DNA from: Candidatus Latescibacterota bacterium
Lineage (GTDB): Bacteria > Latescibacterota > UBA2968 > UBA8231
Assembly: GCA_965223905.1 (NCBI GenBank)
Contig: CBDCXV010000010.1
Span: 1,504,001-1,568,000, forward strand
Direction: 5' to 3'
Length of the DNA: 64,000 nucleotides
Shown here one piece after another: positions 28,121 through 37,780 of this stretch. Below the pieces are notes generated by a model. It searched no databases and was not told the DNA's origin. It saw nothing but the letters and a program-made list of their open reading frames with translations. Each line of letters opens with the position of its first letter. The first letter of the stretch is position 1. The position numbers and the translations under genes were made by a program.

Positions 28121-30023
28121 GTTCGTCTACGATCTGATCTCCGTAGTCGCCCCCGCCCTCTCTCCGGACGGCACCCGGCTCGCCTGGGTGCGCTCGGCGG
28201 TGGATCGGGAGGAGATGGAGTACCGGACGGAAATCATGATGGCGCAGATGCCCGGAGGACCTCCGCGCTCCTTCACCCGGGGCCCTGCGGACTCGGAGCC
28301 GAGATTCTCGCCGGACGGCAACTGGATCGCCTTTCTGCGCCCCGACGGCAACGGCATCAGGCAGATCTGGCTGATCGACCTCTGCGGCGGAGAGGCGCGT
28401 CAGGTCACCTCCGGGCCCGCCGATGCTGCCGGACATTCCTGGTCCCCGGACTCCAGGTCGCTTGCCTTCGTTTCGAAGGTCGATCCGGACTGGCTGCCAC
28501 CCGATCACGATCACAAACGCGACCCCCGCGTCCGCGTCGCGCGCCGGATCCGCTACCGCCACGATGAACGCGGCTGGATTGGGGACGCCTTCAACCAGCT
28601 CTTCGTCGTCGACTTGGAGAGCGGGGAAACCCGGCAGCTGACCGACGGAGAGGGGGACTGCTCGGGGCCGGTCTGGTCGCCGCCGGGCGACCGCCTCGCC
28701 TACCTCTGCGACGAGGTGGAGGACCGGGACTTCAACAACCACTCGGAAGCCCGGGTGATCGCGGCCTCGGGCGGGAGGCCGCAGACGTGGTCGGCCGGCC
28801 TCTGGCGCGTCCTGGCGCTGGCATGGGCTGCGGATGGATCGAGGCTGGCCGCCTCGGGCACCCACGATGTCCTGATGTGGGATCCGCGCCAGGCTTCCAT
28901 CTTCATCCTCGATCCAGGCAAACAAGCCCGCCACCTGACCGACGACTCATACACCACCGATCCGCAGGCGCCGGAGATACGCTGGGCAACCGATGGAAAC
29001 ATCTGGTTCGTCGGCGACCGTCACGGCGAATCGTTCCTTTGCCGGGTCGACCCGGGAGGAAATCTGACCGCCCTGGCAGGCGGCGGGGTGAAGTACACCG
29101 GCTGGGCGCTCGACGACGAGGCGCGAAACGCGGTGCTGGTCGAGATGACGAGCACCGCGGCGGACAACCTCGTCGGCGTCGACCTGTCGACCGGCGCGCG
29201 CGTCCGGCTGACTGAGTACAACGCGCCGTACCTGGAGGAGCATCCGCCGGCCGCGATGGAGAAATTCACCTTAGAGCGGGGCGGAGAGAGAATCGAGTGC
29301 CGGGTACTGCTGCCACCCGGCTTCGATCCCGGGCGCCGCTATCCGCTGGTCCTCGACATACACGGGGGCCCCCACGGCCGCTTCTGCGACGGCTTCGACC
29401 CGTTCCAGCAGGTAATGGCGACGGCGGGGTACGCCGTACTCGGTGTCAATCCTAGGGGGTCCTCCTCCTACGGGCTCGAGTTCGCCAAGATGGTGCTGGG
29501 CGACTGGGGCGGCGAGGACTACCGCGACATCATGGCCAGCGTCGACGCAGTGTGCTCGCGCGAATACATCGACGAAGACCGGATAGCCGTTCACGGAGTC
29601 AGCTACGGGGGGTACATGGCCAGCTGGATCATCGGGCACGAGACCCGCTTCAGGGCGGCCTTGGTGGGGGCTCCCTGCACCAACCTGTACAGCATGTACG
29701 GAACCTCGGACATCGGCGTCAGCTTCTTCGAGGCGAACTGGGCGGGGACGGCCGAGGAATTGCGCGACGCCTTGCTCGCACACTCGCCGATCACCTACGC
29801 CGACAACGTCACCACTCCGGTGCTGCTGTTTCACGGGGAGAATGACCTGCGCTGTCCGGTCGAACAGAGCGAGCAGTACTTCGTCGCTCTCAAACGCCTA
29901 GGCAGGAAGGTCGAATTCGTGCGCTTTCCCGACTCGCCCCACGGGTTCCGCAAGTCGGGGCATCCCAGGCTCAGGGTGGAATACTCGCGGAGAATCCTCG
30001 ATTGGCTGGAAAGGCACCTGTAG
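28098..30023 (+). CDS. S9 family peptidase (acylaminoacyl/dipeptidyl aminopeptidase) with beta-propeller
   Basis: SPDG repeats, IHGGPH, NPRGS, GVSYGG (Ser), DLRC (Asp), PHG (His). Confidence 0.95.
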   Translation: MAQPIPPEFVYDLISVVAPALSPDGTRLAWVRSAVDREEMEYRTEIMMAQMPGGPPRSFTRGPADSEPRFSPDGNWIAFLRPDGNGIRQIWLIDLCGGEARQVTSGPADAAGHSWSPDSRSLAFVSKVDPDWLPPDHDHKRDPRVRVARRIRYRHDERGWIGDAFNQLFVVDLESGETRQLTDGEGDCSGPVWSPPGDRLAYLCDEVEDRDFNNHSEARVIAASGGRPQTWSAGLWRVLALAWAADGSRLAASGTHDVLMWDPRQASIFILDPGKQARHLTDDSYTTDPQAPEIRWATDGNIWFVGDRHGESFLCRVDPGGNLTALAGGGVKYTGWALDDEARNAVLVEMTSTAADNLVGVDLSTGARVRLTEYNAPYLEEHPPAAMEKFTLERGGERIECRVLLPPGFDPGRRYPLVLDIHGGPHGRFCDGFDPFQQVMATAGYAVLGVNPRGSSSYGLEFAKMVLGDWGGEDYRDIMASVDAVCSREYIDEDRIAVHGVSYGGYMASWIIGHETRFRAALVGAPCTNLYSMYGTSDIGVSFFEANWAGTAEELRDALLAHSPITYADNVTTPVLLFHGENDLRCPVEQSEQYFVALKRLGRKVEFVRFPDSPHGFRKSGHPRLRVEYSRRILDWLERHL

Positions 30024-30050
30024 GGGAAGGGCTTCAATAGCGATGGGACC

Positions 30051-30944
30051 ATGCAGGTAACGCACGACTGGAAGGAGAGCAGGGCAACGATCCGGGTGGA
30101 AGGCCTGCCGGCTTGCGTAAAAGCCCTGATGCTGGCGGACGTTCACCTGGGCCTCATCGACGAACGGGATCCCGACGAGCAGGAGCGCTTCGCCGGGCAC
30201 GCCGAACGGTTCCATGACCGTCACGGCAACACCGATGAGGCCGGCAACGTCATTCCCCAGGAAACGGCGTTTGCGCAGATGCTGGAGGTGGCCGCGCAGG
30301 AACGGGTGGATCTGCTCGCACTGGCCGGGGACATCGTCGATTTTCCGGCCTGGGCAAGCATCGACTACGCCGCGCGTCTGGCGTCCGCATCCGGCATACC
30401 CTCGATCTACACACCCGGAAACCACGACTGGCTGTTCTCCGACCGCGAGGGGACTGCGGAGGTACGGCGCGAGTTCTTGCCGCGACTCGATCCGCTGACC
30501 CGGGGCGAACCCGCATTCTCTCGCCACGAGGTGGGGGGACTGCTGTTTGCGGCCGTCGACAACTCGACCTGCCAGGTCGAAGAAGAGCAGCTCGAGTCGA
30601 CCCGCCAGGCGCTGGCCGGGGGGGCGCCTACGGTCCTGCTCTGCCACATCCCGATCAGTCTGCCTACGCTGCGCAATCCTGTCCTGTCGGAGCTGGGCGT
30701 CCCGATCATGATGGCCGATCCTGACTGGGCGCTGCAGAGCCGCCGGGAGAATTCCGTCGGCGAGAACACCTCGACGACCCTGGAGTTCGTCCGCATGGTG
30801 AGTCAGGCCGAGAACCTGGTGGCGATCTTGACCGGGCACTGTCACTTCAGACACGCCGACGCCGTCAATCCCTGGGTGGCGCAGTACCTTGCGCCGCCCG
30901 GTTACGCGGGCGAATACTGGCTGTTCGAATGGCAGCCATTGTAA
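30051..30944 (+). CDS. Calcineurin-like metallophosphoesterase, paralogue of 19004-19897
   Basis: DVH, GDIVD, GNHD, GHCH; colinear with the first copy. Confidence 0.9.
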   Translation: MQVTHDWKESRATIRVEGLPACVKALMLADVHLGLIDERDPDEQERFAGHAERFHDRHGNTDEAGNVIPQETAFAQMLEVAAQERVDLLALAGDIVDFPAWASIDYAARLASASGIPSIYTPGNHDWLFSDREGTAEVRREFLPRLDPLTRGEPAFSRHEVGGLLFAAVDNSTCQVEEEQLESTRQALAGGAPTVLLCHIPISLPTLRNPVLSELGVPIMMADPDWALQSRRENSVGENTSTTLEFVRMVSQAENLVAILTGHCHFRHADAVNPWVAQYLAPPGYAGEYWLFEWQPL

Positions 30945-31035
30945 GAAAGCGGCACAGGTTTTCTGGAACTCGACCTGGCTGCCTGTCGACAGGACTTCCC
31001 ATGTATTCCGTCCCGATTTCACCTGAAACCTGCCC

Positions 31036-32060
31036 ATGGCCATCCCCTCTACCTTTCCCCCATCCAGCCGTCCGGTCGTCATGGGCACCAACGGCATGGT
31101 CTCCACCGGCCACCCTCTGGCCTCCCTTGCGGGAGCGCGGGTTCTGGCCGACCGCGGCAACGCCTTCGACGCTGCCGTCGCCCTCTCCTTCACCCTCGGG
31201 GTGGTCGAATCCTACATGTCGGGCCCCGGAGGCACCGGGGTCGCCATCCTTCGGATCGCCGGCGAATCCAGGCCGCGGGCCCTCGATTTCTCGGGCCGGA
31301 CGCCGATGGCCGTAACGCGTTCGGCGTTGACCGAAGAAACCCTCGACCTCGGCATACTCGCTCCCATGGTCCCGGGAAACGTCGCCGGATGGCTCGAGCT
31401 TCACCTGAAACACGGACCCTCGATCCCCAGCGCCTGCTGCGGCCGGCGATCGATTATGCGGAGAACGGCTTTCCCGTCACCTACCAGAACAGCGCCGTCA
31501 TCGCCGAACATGCCGGACGCCTGCACCCGTTCCCCGACGCTGCCGCTGTTTTCCTCGACCGCTCGGGCAGGGCGCCGACACCGGGAACGCGGCTGCGCTG
31601 GCCGCAGCTGGCCGCCTCGATGCGGGAAATCGCCGAGCAGGGGCGCGGCGCCTTCTACACCGGGGAACTGGCCCACCGGATCGCCAGGGCCAGCGAGGAG
31701 ATGGGGGGCATTCTGACACTCGAGGACCTGGCCGAGTACGAAGTCGAATGGCAGGAATGCCTCGAGGTCGACTACCGGGGTTTTAAGGTCTTCGCGCCGC
31801 CCTTGCCGTCAGCCGGATTCCAGAGTTTGCAGCACTTGAAGCTGATGGAGTGTTTCGACCCGTCCAAGCTGGCCTTCAACAGCGCCGATACGGTCCACGC
31901 CCTTGTCGAGTCCGCAAAGCTGAGCATCACCGATCGCATCGCCTGCGCCGGAGATCCCGACCACGTCGATCTCCCCTGGAAGGGCTGCTGTCGCCGGAAT
32001 ACGCCGCCGCGCAGAGGGAAAGACTCGACATGAACTGCGCTGCAACAGTCCCCGGAGAGA
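31036..32060 (+). pseudogene. ggt: Gamma-glutamyltransferase family copy 1: large subunit only, two frameshifts
   Basis: GMVSTGHPLAS..G..VL..GNAFDAAVA, VPGNVAGW, FYTGELA; frameshifts near 31415 and 31975; small subunit absent. Confidence 0.8.
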
Positions 32061-32088
32061 CGAGTCCCGGCGCCGGCTCGCCCATGCC

Positions 32089-33528
32089 ATGGTTGCCGCG
32101 GCCCATCCGCTGGCCTCGGCCGCGGGCGCTGAACTTCTCCGGCCGCGCGCCGCAGGCGGCTACGCCGGACCGCTTCAGCGAAGAGACGATGCAGACCGGC
32201 ATCCTCGCTCCCCTGGTTCCCGGCAACGTCGCCGGCTGGCTCGCCCTTCACGAGACCTGCGGCAGCATGGAGCTCGAGCAGCTGTTCGCACCGGCCATCG
32301 GCTACGCGGAGGGGGGATTCCCGGTGACCCACTGGTGCAGTCAGGTCATGGGGGGGGTGCGCGGACAGGCTTCGCGCTTTCGACTCGTCGGCCGGGATCA
32401 TGCTCGACGGCCGCGGCAATGCGCCGAGGCCGGGGGCGCGGCTGTCGATGCCGCAGTTGGCCGCCTCGTCCCGGGCGATCGCCCGGGACGGCGGAGAGAC
32501 CTTCTACCGGGGAGAACTGGCCGAACGTCTGATCGACGGGGTTCAGCGGATGGGCGGACTGCTGACGGCGGAGGATCTTGCCGGGTACCGGACGCAGTGG
32601 GTGGAACCGATCAGCACGAGGTACCGCGAATACGAGGTTTTCACCCATCCTCCCAATTCCTCCGCCTTCCAGGTCCTCGAGACCCTCAACGTGGTGGAAG
32701 GTTTCAACCCGGATGAACTGGTCCATCGGGATCCCCGGACGCTGCATCTGTTGATGGAATCCGTAAAGCTGTGCGTGACCGACCGCATCCGCTACGCCGG
32801 CGATCCCGACTACGTCGATGTGCCGCTGAAAGGCTTGCTCTCGAAAGCCTATGCTGCAGGAGCAGCGCAAGCGCATCGACCCGGAACGGGCGGCCCTCGT
32901 CGCCGGCGAGCACTACACCCGCGTTGCGCCGGAAGGGGCCCTGACACCGGGCGATTCGCTGGCCTTCGACGGCGGCATGACGACCCACTTCGCCACCGCG
33001 GACCGGGACGGCAACGTGGCAACCGTGACCCAGACGCTGGGGGGCGGCTTCGGGTCGGTCGTGGCCATCGGCGACACCGGCATCTTTCTCAACAATATGG
33101 GGGCCTGGTTCGACCTCGAAGAGGGCAGCCCGAACCGAATCGGACCGGGCAAGCGGGTGGATTTCGTCGTCGCTCCGACCCAGACCTTCCGCAAGGGGGA
33201 GTTCGTCCTGAGCATGGGCACCCCGGGCAGCTGGGGTATCCTGCAGACCACCCCGCAGATGCTGTTGAACGCGCTCGATTTCGGAATGAACGTGCAACAG
33301 GCGATCGATGCGCCACGGTTCAGGTGCCTGACCGGGACCCACGTCGCCATGGAAGAGCGCTTCCCGGTCGAAGTGCGGCGCTCGCTCGCCATGTACGGAC
33401 ACGTGGAAGTACTGGACCCGTGGTCACCTGGGGTCGGAGGCGCCCAGGCCATCGCGGTGGACACGGCGGCGGGTGTCTTACAGGGCGGCGCCGACCCCAG
33501 AAGGGACGGGTTCGCTTTCGGCCTGTAG
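32089..33528 (+). pseudogene. ggt: Gamma-glutamyltransferase family copy 2: N-terminal deletion and frameshifts
   Basis: MVAAAHPLASAAG fused out of frame to RALNFSG; frameshifts near 32350 and 32858; small subunit TTHF...GTPG...GGADPRRDG intact. Confidence 0.8.
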
Positions 33529-33750
33529 GGTGGGCGGCGGTGGCCGCAGTCGGGTTCAGAGCGGGTCGGGGGAGGAGGACTTCCTCACCAGCAGAGTGTT
33601 CTTCGGCCGACCCTCATCGGCACGGCTGGAAGTGCCCAAGGACCAGCATCTGCCACAATGGCCGGGGCTGCAACGGTGCGTACGCCGCGTTGGGATTTCC
33701 CCGCCGACGGAACCGATAGCCCGGCCCCCTTTCCACGATTTCCAAGCTCC

Positions 33751-35310
33751 CTATGCGGACGGTCGACCGCGCCGAATGGCGACCACGGCGGCGATGAGGG
33801 CCGCCACGGTAACCAGCTGGGCGAACAGGTCGCCGCGGCGGGTGTAGAAGGTCCCTGGCGACCCGATGGCGAGGTCGCCGACGGCCTGCGCCTGGGTGAA
33901 GACCGGGGTCGACTGCGACGTGCGGCCGTACCGGTCGACGAACAGGGAGACCCCGCTCGTCGCGCACCGGGCGATGGCGGTGCGGTTCTCGACCGCCCGG
34001 AACACCGCCAGCTGCGCGTGCTGGTAGGGACCGGCGGTGCGGCCGAACCAGGAGTCGTTGGTGATCACGACGAGGAAATCGGCGCCGCCGGCGACGTGGC
34101 CGCGGACCAGGTCGGGGAACACCGACTCGAAGCAGATCAGCACGGCGAAGTCCCCGCGCGGATGCTCGAACAGGGTGCGCTCGCGCCCGCGGGCGAACTC
34201 GGCCGGACCGAGGTCTCCGGTCAGGGCGGTCCAGTCGATTTCGCGCAGCAGCGGCACGAAATCCATGAAGGGGGTGCGCTCGCCGAACGGCACCAGGTGC
34301 ATCTTGGCATACCTCTGCAGCGGCCGCTCCCCCGAGAAGTAGAAAGCGGCGTTGTACGGCTCCCGGGTGCGCGGGTCGGTGTCCGAGGCCCCGGTCAGGA
34401 CCGGGACCCCTAGCTCGGCGACCAGGTCCTCGACGCGGCTGCGGCAGTCCTCGCGGGTGCGCACCCGGCAGGGGACTGCGGTCTCAGGCCAGACGAGGAG
34501 GTCGGGGCGCTGCGCGGCCGCCGCCCGGGAGAGCTGTTCGAGGGTGATGAAACTGCGCTCCAGTCCGCCGCGCCGCCATTTCTCCAGGCCGAGGTTGTTC
34601 TGCACCAGTCCGACCCTGACGCTCTGCTCCGCAGGGGCCGAGTCGATGATCGCGGTCGAGTACCACCAGGGGCAGGCGAACAGGGCGAGCAGCGCCGCGG
34701 CGCCGGCCATACCCTGCCGTAGACCGGGGCTGCGCAGCGTCAGCCACAGGACGACGTTGACCGCGCTCACCCAGAAGGATACGCCGTACACCCCGGTGAT
34801 CTCGGCGTACTGAATCAGCTCCACGGTCACCGCCTGGGTGGAGCCGAGCAGGAGCCAGGGAAACCCGAGCTCCCCCAGCGACAGCAGGTACTCCGCGGCG
34901 GTCCACAGCAGCGGCGCTGTGAGCCAGCCGGCATGCGGCCACGCCTTGACGGCCGCGGACAATCCGGCGCCAGCCAGCCCGTAGAACACCCCTATGTAAG
35001 CGGCCATCAACAGCGTTCCGGCGACGACCGCGGGGCCGCCTCCCTGAGTGAAGGCGACCCAGTACAGGCTGTAGAGGCTGAAGACGCTGCCGGTCACCCA
35101 GCCGCAGCGGAACCCCTCCTTCCAGTTCAGCCGAGGAAAAGAGGCGAACAGCGGCAGCAGGGCGACGAATGCCCAGGGCGAGCCGTGGGCCCATGCCATC
35201 GGGTGGTGGGGAGCCGTGGGAAAGGGCAGCGACAGCAGCAGTCCGGAGAGCGCGGGAGCACCCCATCCGCCCCAGGCCCGGGTGCGAAGGCCCGGTGGAT
35301 GGAAAGCCAT
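33751..35310 (-). CDS. lnt: Apolipoprotein N-acyltransferase
   Basis: GFPW..LG, VWPETA, YAK.HLVPFGE, ICFES, ITNDSWFG, RAVEN; start 35310 or 35319. Confidence 0.96.
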   Translation of the reverse strand: MAFHPPGLRTRAWGGWGAPALSGLLLSLPFPTAPHHPMAWAHGSPWAFVALLPLFASFPRLNWKEGFRCGWVTGSVFSLYSLYWVAFTQGGGPAVVAGTLLMAAYIGVFYGLAGAGLSAAVKAWPHAGWLTAPLLWTAAEYLLSLGELGFPWLLLGSTQAVTVELIQYAEITGVYGVSFWVSAVNVVLWLTLRSPGLRQGMAGAAALLALFACPWWYSTAIIDSAPAEQSVRVGLVQNNLGLEKWRRGGLERSFITLEQLSRAAAAQRPDLLVWPETAVPCRVRTREDCRSRVEDLVAELGVPVLTGASDTDPRTREPYNAAFYFSGERPLQRYAKMHLVPFGERTPFMDFVPLLREIDWTALTGDLGPAEFARGRERTLFEHPRGDFAVLICFESVFPDLVRGHVAGGADFLVVITNDSWFGRTAGPYQHAQLAVFRAVENRTAIARCATSGVSLFVDRYGRTSQSTPVFTQAQAVGDLAIGSPGTFYTRRGDLFAQLVTVAALIAAVVAIRRGRPSA

Positions 35311-35415
35311 GAGAAACACGGTAAGCCCGGTAAGGGTCTGGTTTGCGGATGGAGGGGCCCGGCGGAGGGCGGACGCAACGCCGCGAGCCGGGAGGGGGCG
35401 GCGGGAAAAGCGCGC

Positions 35416-35444
35416 AATATACCGGCCTCGCCGGCCGCGGGCAA
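35416..35444 (-). promoter_or_regulatory. Putative sigma70-type promoter of lnt
   Basis: Minus strand TTGCCC-N17-TATATT. Confidence 0.55.
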
Positions 35445-35638
35445 AGCGGTACGGGATATGCTTGCATACCGGACAGCAGTGCGTCAGTCAGCGAAACTGT
35501 GACCAGACGGTGTCACATGTAAGCGATCGGAGCCGACACATGATAACGGGAATGAACGGCGGTGCAGCCGCCGCGGCGGTGAATCAGTCGCCGAGGAGGC
35601 CGGCAACCTGTTACGGCATTACGGCCGGCAGGGGGGCC

Positions 35639-36307
35639 ATGGCAACAGGAGAAGGGGGGGTGTCGCAGCTTCCGCGCGAACGGCTGGCGCGCGACGGAGT
35701 CGAGGCCCTGCGCGACAGCGAGCTCCTCGCTCTCGTCCTGGGGACGGGATACCGCGGCTGCAACGTGCTCGACGTCGCCCGGGGTATCGTCGAGAAGCAC
35801 GATCTCGGCGAGCTGATGTCCTTCGACCTCACTCAGCTGTCGCGCCTCAAGGGGGTCGGCAAGGCGAAGGCCGCCATCCTACTGGCGGCGTTCGAGCTGG
35901 CGCGCCGCGCTCTCGACAAGGGACTGGGGGTGCTGCCGATCATCAGCACTCCGATCGAGACGATTCCCCTTCTTGCGGAAATCAAGGATCAGCGCAAGGA
36001 GTACTTCGTCTGCCTCTACCTCAACGCGCGCAACCAGGTGATCCATAAGGAAGTGATCTCGATCGGCAGTCTGTCCGCCTCGATCGTCCATCCACGGGAG
36101 GTCTTCCAGGTAGGTGTGTATCACTCCGCGGCGAGCATCATTCTCGCCCACAACCATCCTTCCGGGGACGTCTCACCGAGCAAGGACGACATCGATCTGA
36201 CCCACCGGTTGCGCGAGGCAGGGCTGATCATGGGGATCGAGGTTCTCGACCACATCATCATCGCCGCCGGCGATTTCGTCAGCCTGAAGGAAGCCGGGAT
36301 CGTTTGA
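35639..36307 (+). CDS. radC: RadC/JAB-domain protein
   Basis: PRERL....EAL.DSELLA..LGTG, GVGKAKA, VHPREVF, HNHPSGD..PS..D, LDHIII. Confidence 0.95.
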   Translation: MATGEGGVSQLPRERLARDGVEALRDSELLALVLGTGYRGCNVLDVARGIVEKHDLGELMSFDLTQLSRLKGVGKAKAAILLAAFELARRALDKGLGVLPIISTPIETIPLLAEIKDQRKEYFVCLYLNARNQVIHKEVISIGSLSASIVHPREVFQVGVYHSAASIILAHNHPSGDVSPSKDDIDLTHRLREAGLIMGIEVLDHIIIAAGDFVSLKEAGIV

Positions 36308-36348
36308 CCGCGAGCCCCTGAGCCGTCCCGGCAGCGGCCTGTTTTGCT

Positions 36349-36377
36349 TTGATTAATGGTCTCCGATGAGGTATATT
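36349..36377 (+). promoter_or_regulatory. Putative sigma70-type promoter of the DUF151 gene
   Basis: TTGATT-N17-TATATT. Confidence 0.6.
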
Positions 36378-36400
36378 CCGGTGGCATTTCGCTAAACACA

Positions 36401-36456
36401 GTGTTAGCAGCCATTTATGTCGCTTAAGGTGTTAGCAGCCATTTATGTCGCTTAAG
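36401..36456 (+). repeat. Perfect 28-bp tandem duplication spanning a start codon
   Basis: gtgttagcagccatttatgtcgcttaag at 36401-36428 and 36429-36456. Confidence 0.97.
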
Positions 36457-37149
36457 AAAAAACAGGACGAGCACCTGATTCCGGTAGAGGTCTGGCGCAT
36501 CTACCCCTACTCGGAATCCTCCCCGCCCCAGACGTTTCTCGTGGTTCTCAAAGGGGAGGAGGACCGCTTCGTGCCGATCTCGATAGGGGCGCCGGAAGGC
36601 CAGTACCTGGTGATGGCGATGCAGCAGGTCTCCTTCCCCCGGCCGCTGACCCACAACCTGTTTCAGGATCTCCTCGAAAAGGTCAAGGGGGAGGTTCGCA
36701 GACTCGTGATTCACACGCTGAAGGAGGATATCTTCCACGCCTACCTGCTGATCCAGACCGAGGAGGATGTCTTCTACCTCGACTGCAGGCCGAGTGACGG
36801 AATGATCCTCGCCACTCTGATGGCAATCCCGATCTTCATGAGCCCCGAGGTGATGGAAGAAGCCGGAAAAGAGCTCGGAGCGATGCTGAACATCGCCGAT
36901 CTGGGCGAGGATGTTTCCGGCGCCGGCAACGGCGAGGACGTCGACCCCTCCCTGGTCGAGGTGGAAGTCAGGGAAGAAACCGGAGTGGAAAAGGAAGCGG
37001 AAGGGGCGGTCGAAGAGAAAGAGATGTCCGAGCTGGAGCTGCTCAAGGCGCAACTGGACCGGCTGGTCGCCGAAGAGGCGTACGAGGAAGCAGCCCGGCT
37101 GAGGGACAAGATCAGCAGGATGGAGAACGGCGGCTCCGATTCTTCGTGA
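36445..37149 (+). CDS. Bifunctional nuclease family (DUF151) with C-terminal UVR motif
   Basis: PISIG..E, RPLTH, DCRPSD, E.YEEAARLRD.I. Confidence 0.9.
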   Translation: MSLKKKQDEHLIPVEVWRIYPYSESSPPQTFLVVLKGEEDRFVPISIGAPEGQYLVMAMQQVSFPRPLTHNLFQDLLEKVKGEVRRLVIHTLKEDIFHAYLLIQTEEDVFYLDCRPSDGMILATLMAIPIFMSPEVMEEAGKELGAMLNIADLGEDVSGAGNGEDVDPSLVEVEVREETGVEKEAEGAVEEKEMSELELLKAQLDRLVAEEAYEEAARLRDKISRMENGGSDSS

Positions 37150-37180
37150 GCAGACAGGAAGCCAGCCTCGAAATCGCACC

Positions 37181-37210
37181 AACCCCCGGCATTCGCGCGG
37201 GGGTTTTTTT
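37181..37210 (+). terminator. Intrinsic terminator
   Basis: aacccccg / cgggggtt stem followed by a T run. Confidence 0.8.
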
Positions 37211-37231
37211 ACGACAAAACAGGAGGATCGG

Positions 37232-37687
37232 ATGACTTTCGCCAGACTCGCGGCGGCGTGCGTGGCCGCAATCGCACTGCAGGCGGCACCGCTATGGGCA
37301 CACTGCGAAATACCGTGCGGCATTTACGGCGACGAGCTTCGCTTTTCGATGATTGAGGAAGACATCACTACCATCGAGAAGTCGATGAGGAAGATCGTGG
37401 AGCTTTCCGGCGACGGCGCCAATGCCAACCAGCTGACTCGCTGGGTGAACAACAAGGAGAACCACGCCGATCGCATCAGGGAGATCGTTACGCAGTACTT
37501 CCTGACGCAGCGGATCAAACTGCCGCCGCCGGACAACGAGGGGCAGGCGGCCTACAAGAACAAGCTCGCACTCCTGCACCAGATGCTGGTCTACGCGATG
37601 AAGTGCAAACAGACGACCGATACGGCGAACGTCGACAAGCTCCGGGAGCTGGCTCAGGAGTTCAAGCAGGCGTACACGGCCGGGTAG
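37232..37687 (+). CDS. sodN: Nickel superoxide dismutase precursor
   Basis: Ni-hook HCEIPCGIY directly after a hydrophobic leader ending LWA; RWVNNKE.HA, K.KQ; AGGAGG RBS. Confidence 0.93.
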   Translation: MTFARLAAACVAAIALQAAPLWAHCEIPCGIYGDELRFSMIEEDITTIEKSMRKIVELSGDGANANQLTRWVNNKENHADRIREIVTQYFLTQRIKLPPPDNEGQAAYKNKLALLHQMLVYAMKCKQTTDTANVDKLRELAQEFKQAYTAG

Positions 37688-37780
37688 GCGCCGTTATTTC
37701 AGTATAGTGGTTGCCAGGGGCGTTCGCGTCCCAGGAAAAGAGGAGAAGTAAACCCCCGGAGACGGCCCCGGAAGCTGGGC

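Noticed and set aside
33529-33750. Possible gene fragment (EEDFLTSRVFFG...) after ggt
   Set aside because: Too short to assign; no start or supporting motif.
35639-36307. radC as marker of a mobile or anti-defence element
   Set aside because: Full-length chromosomal-type RadC among housekeeping genes with no integrase or conjugation genes nearby.
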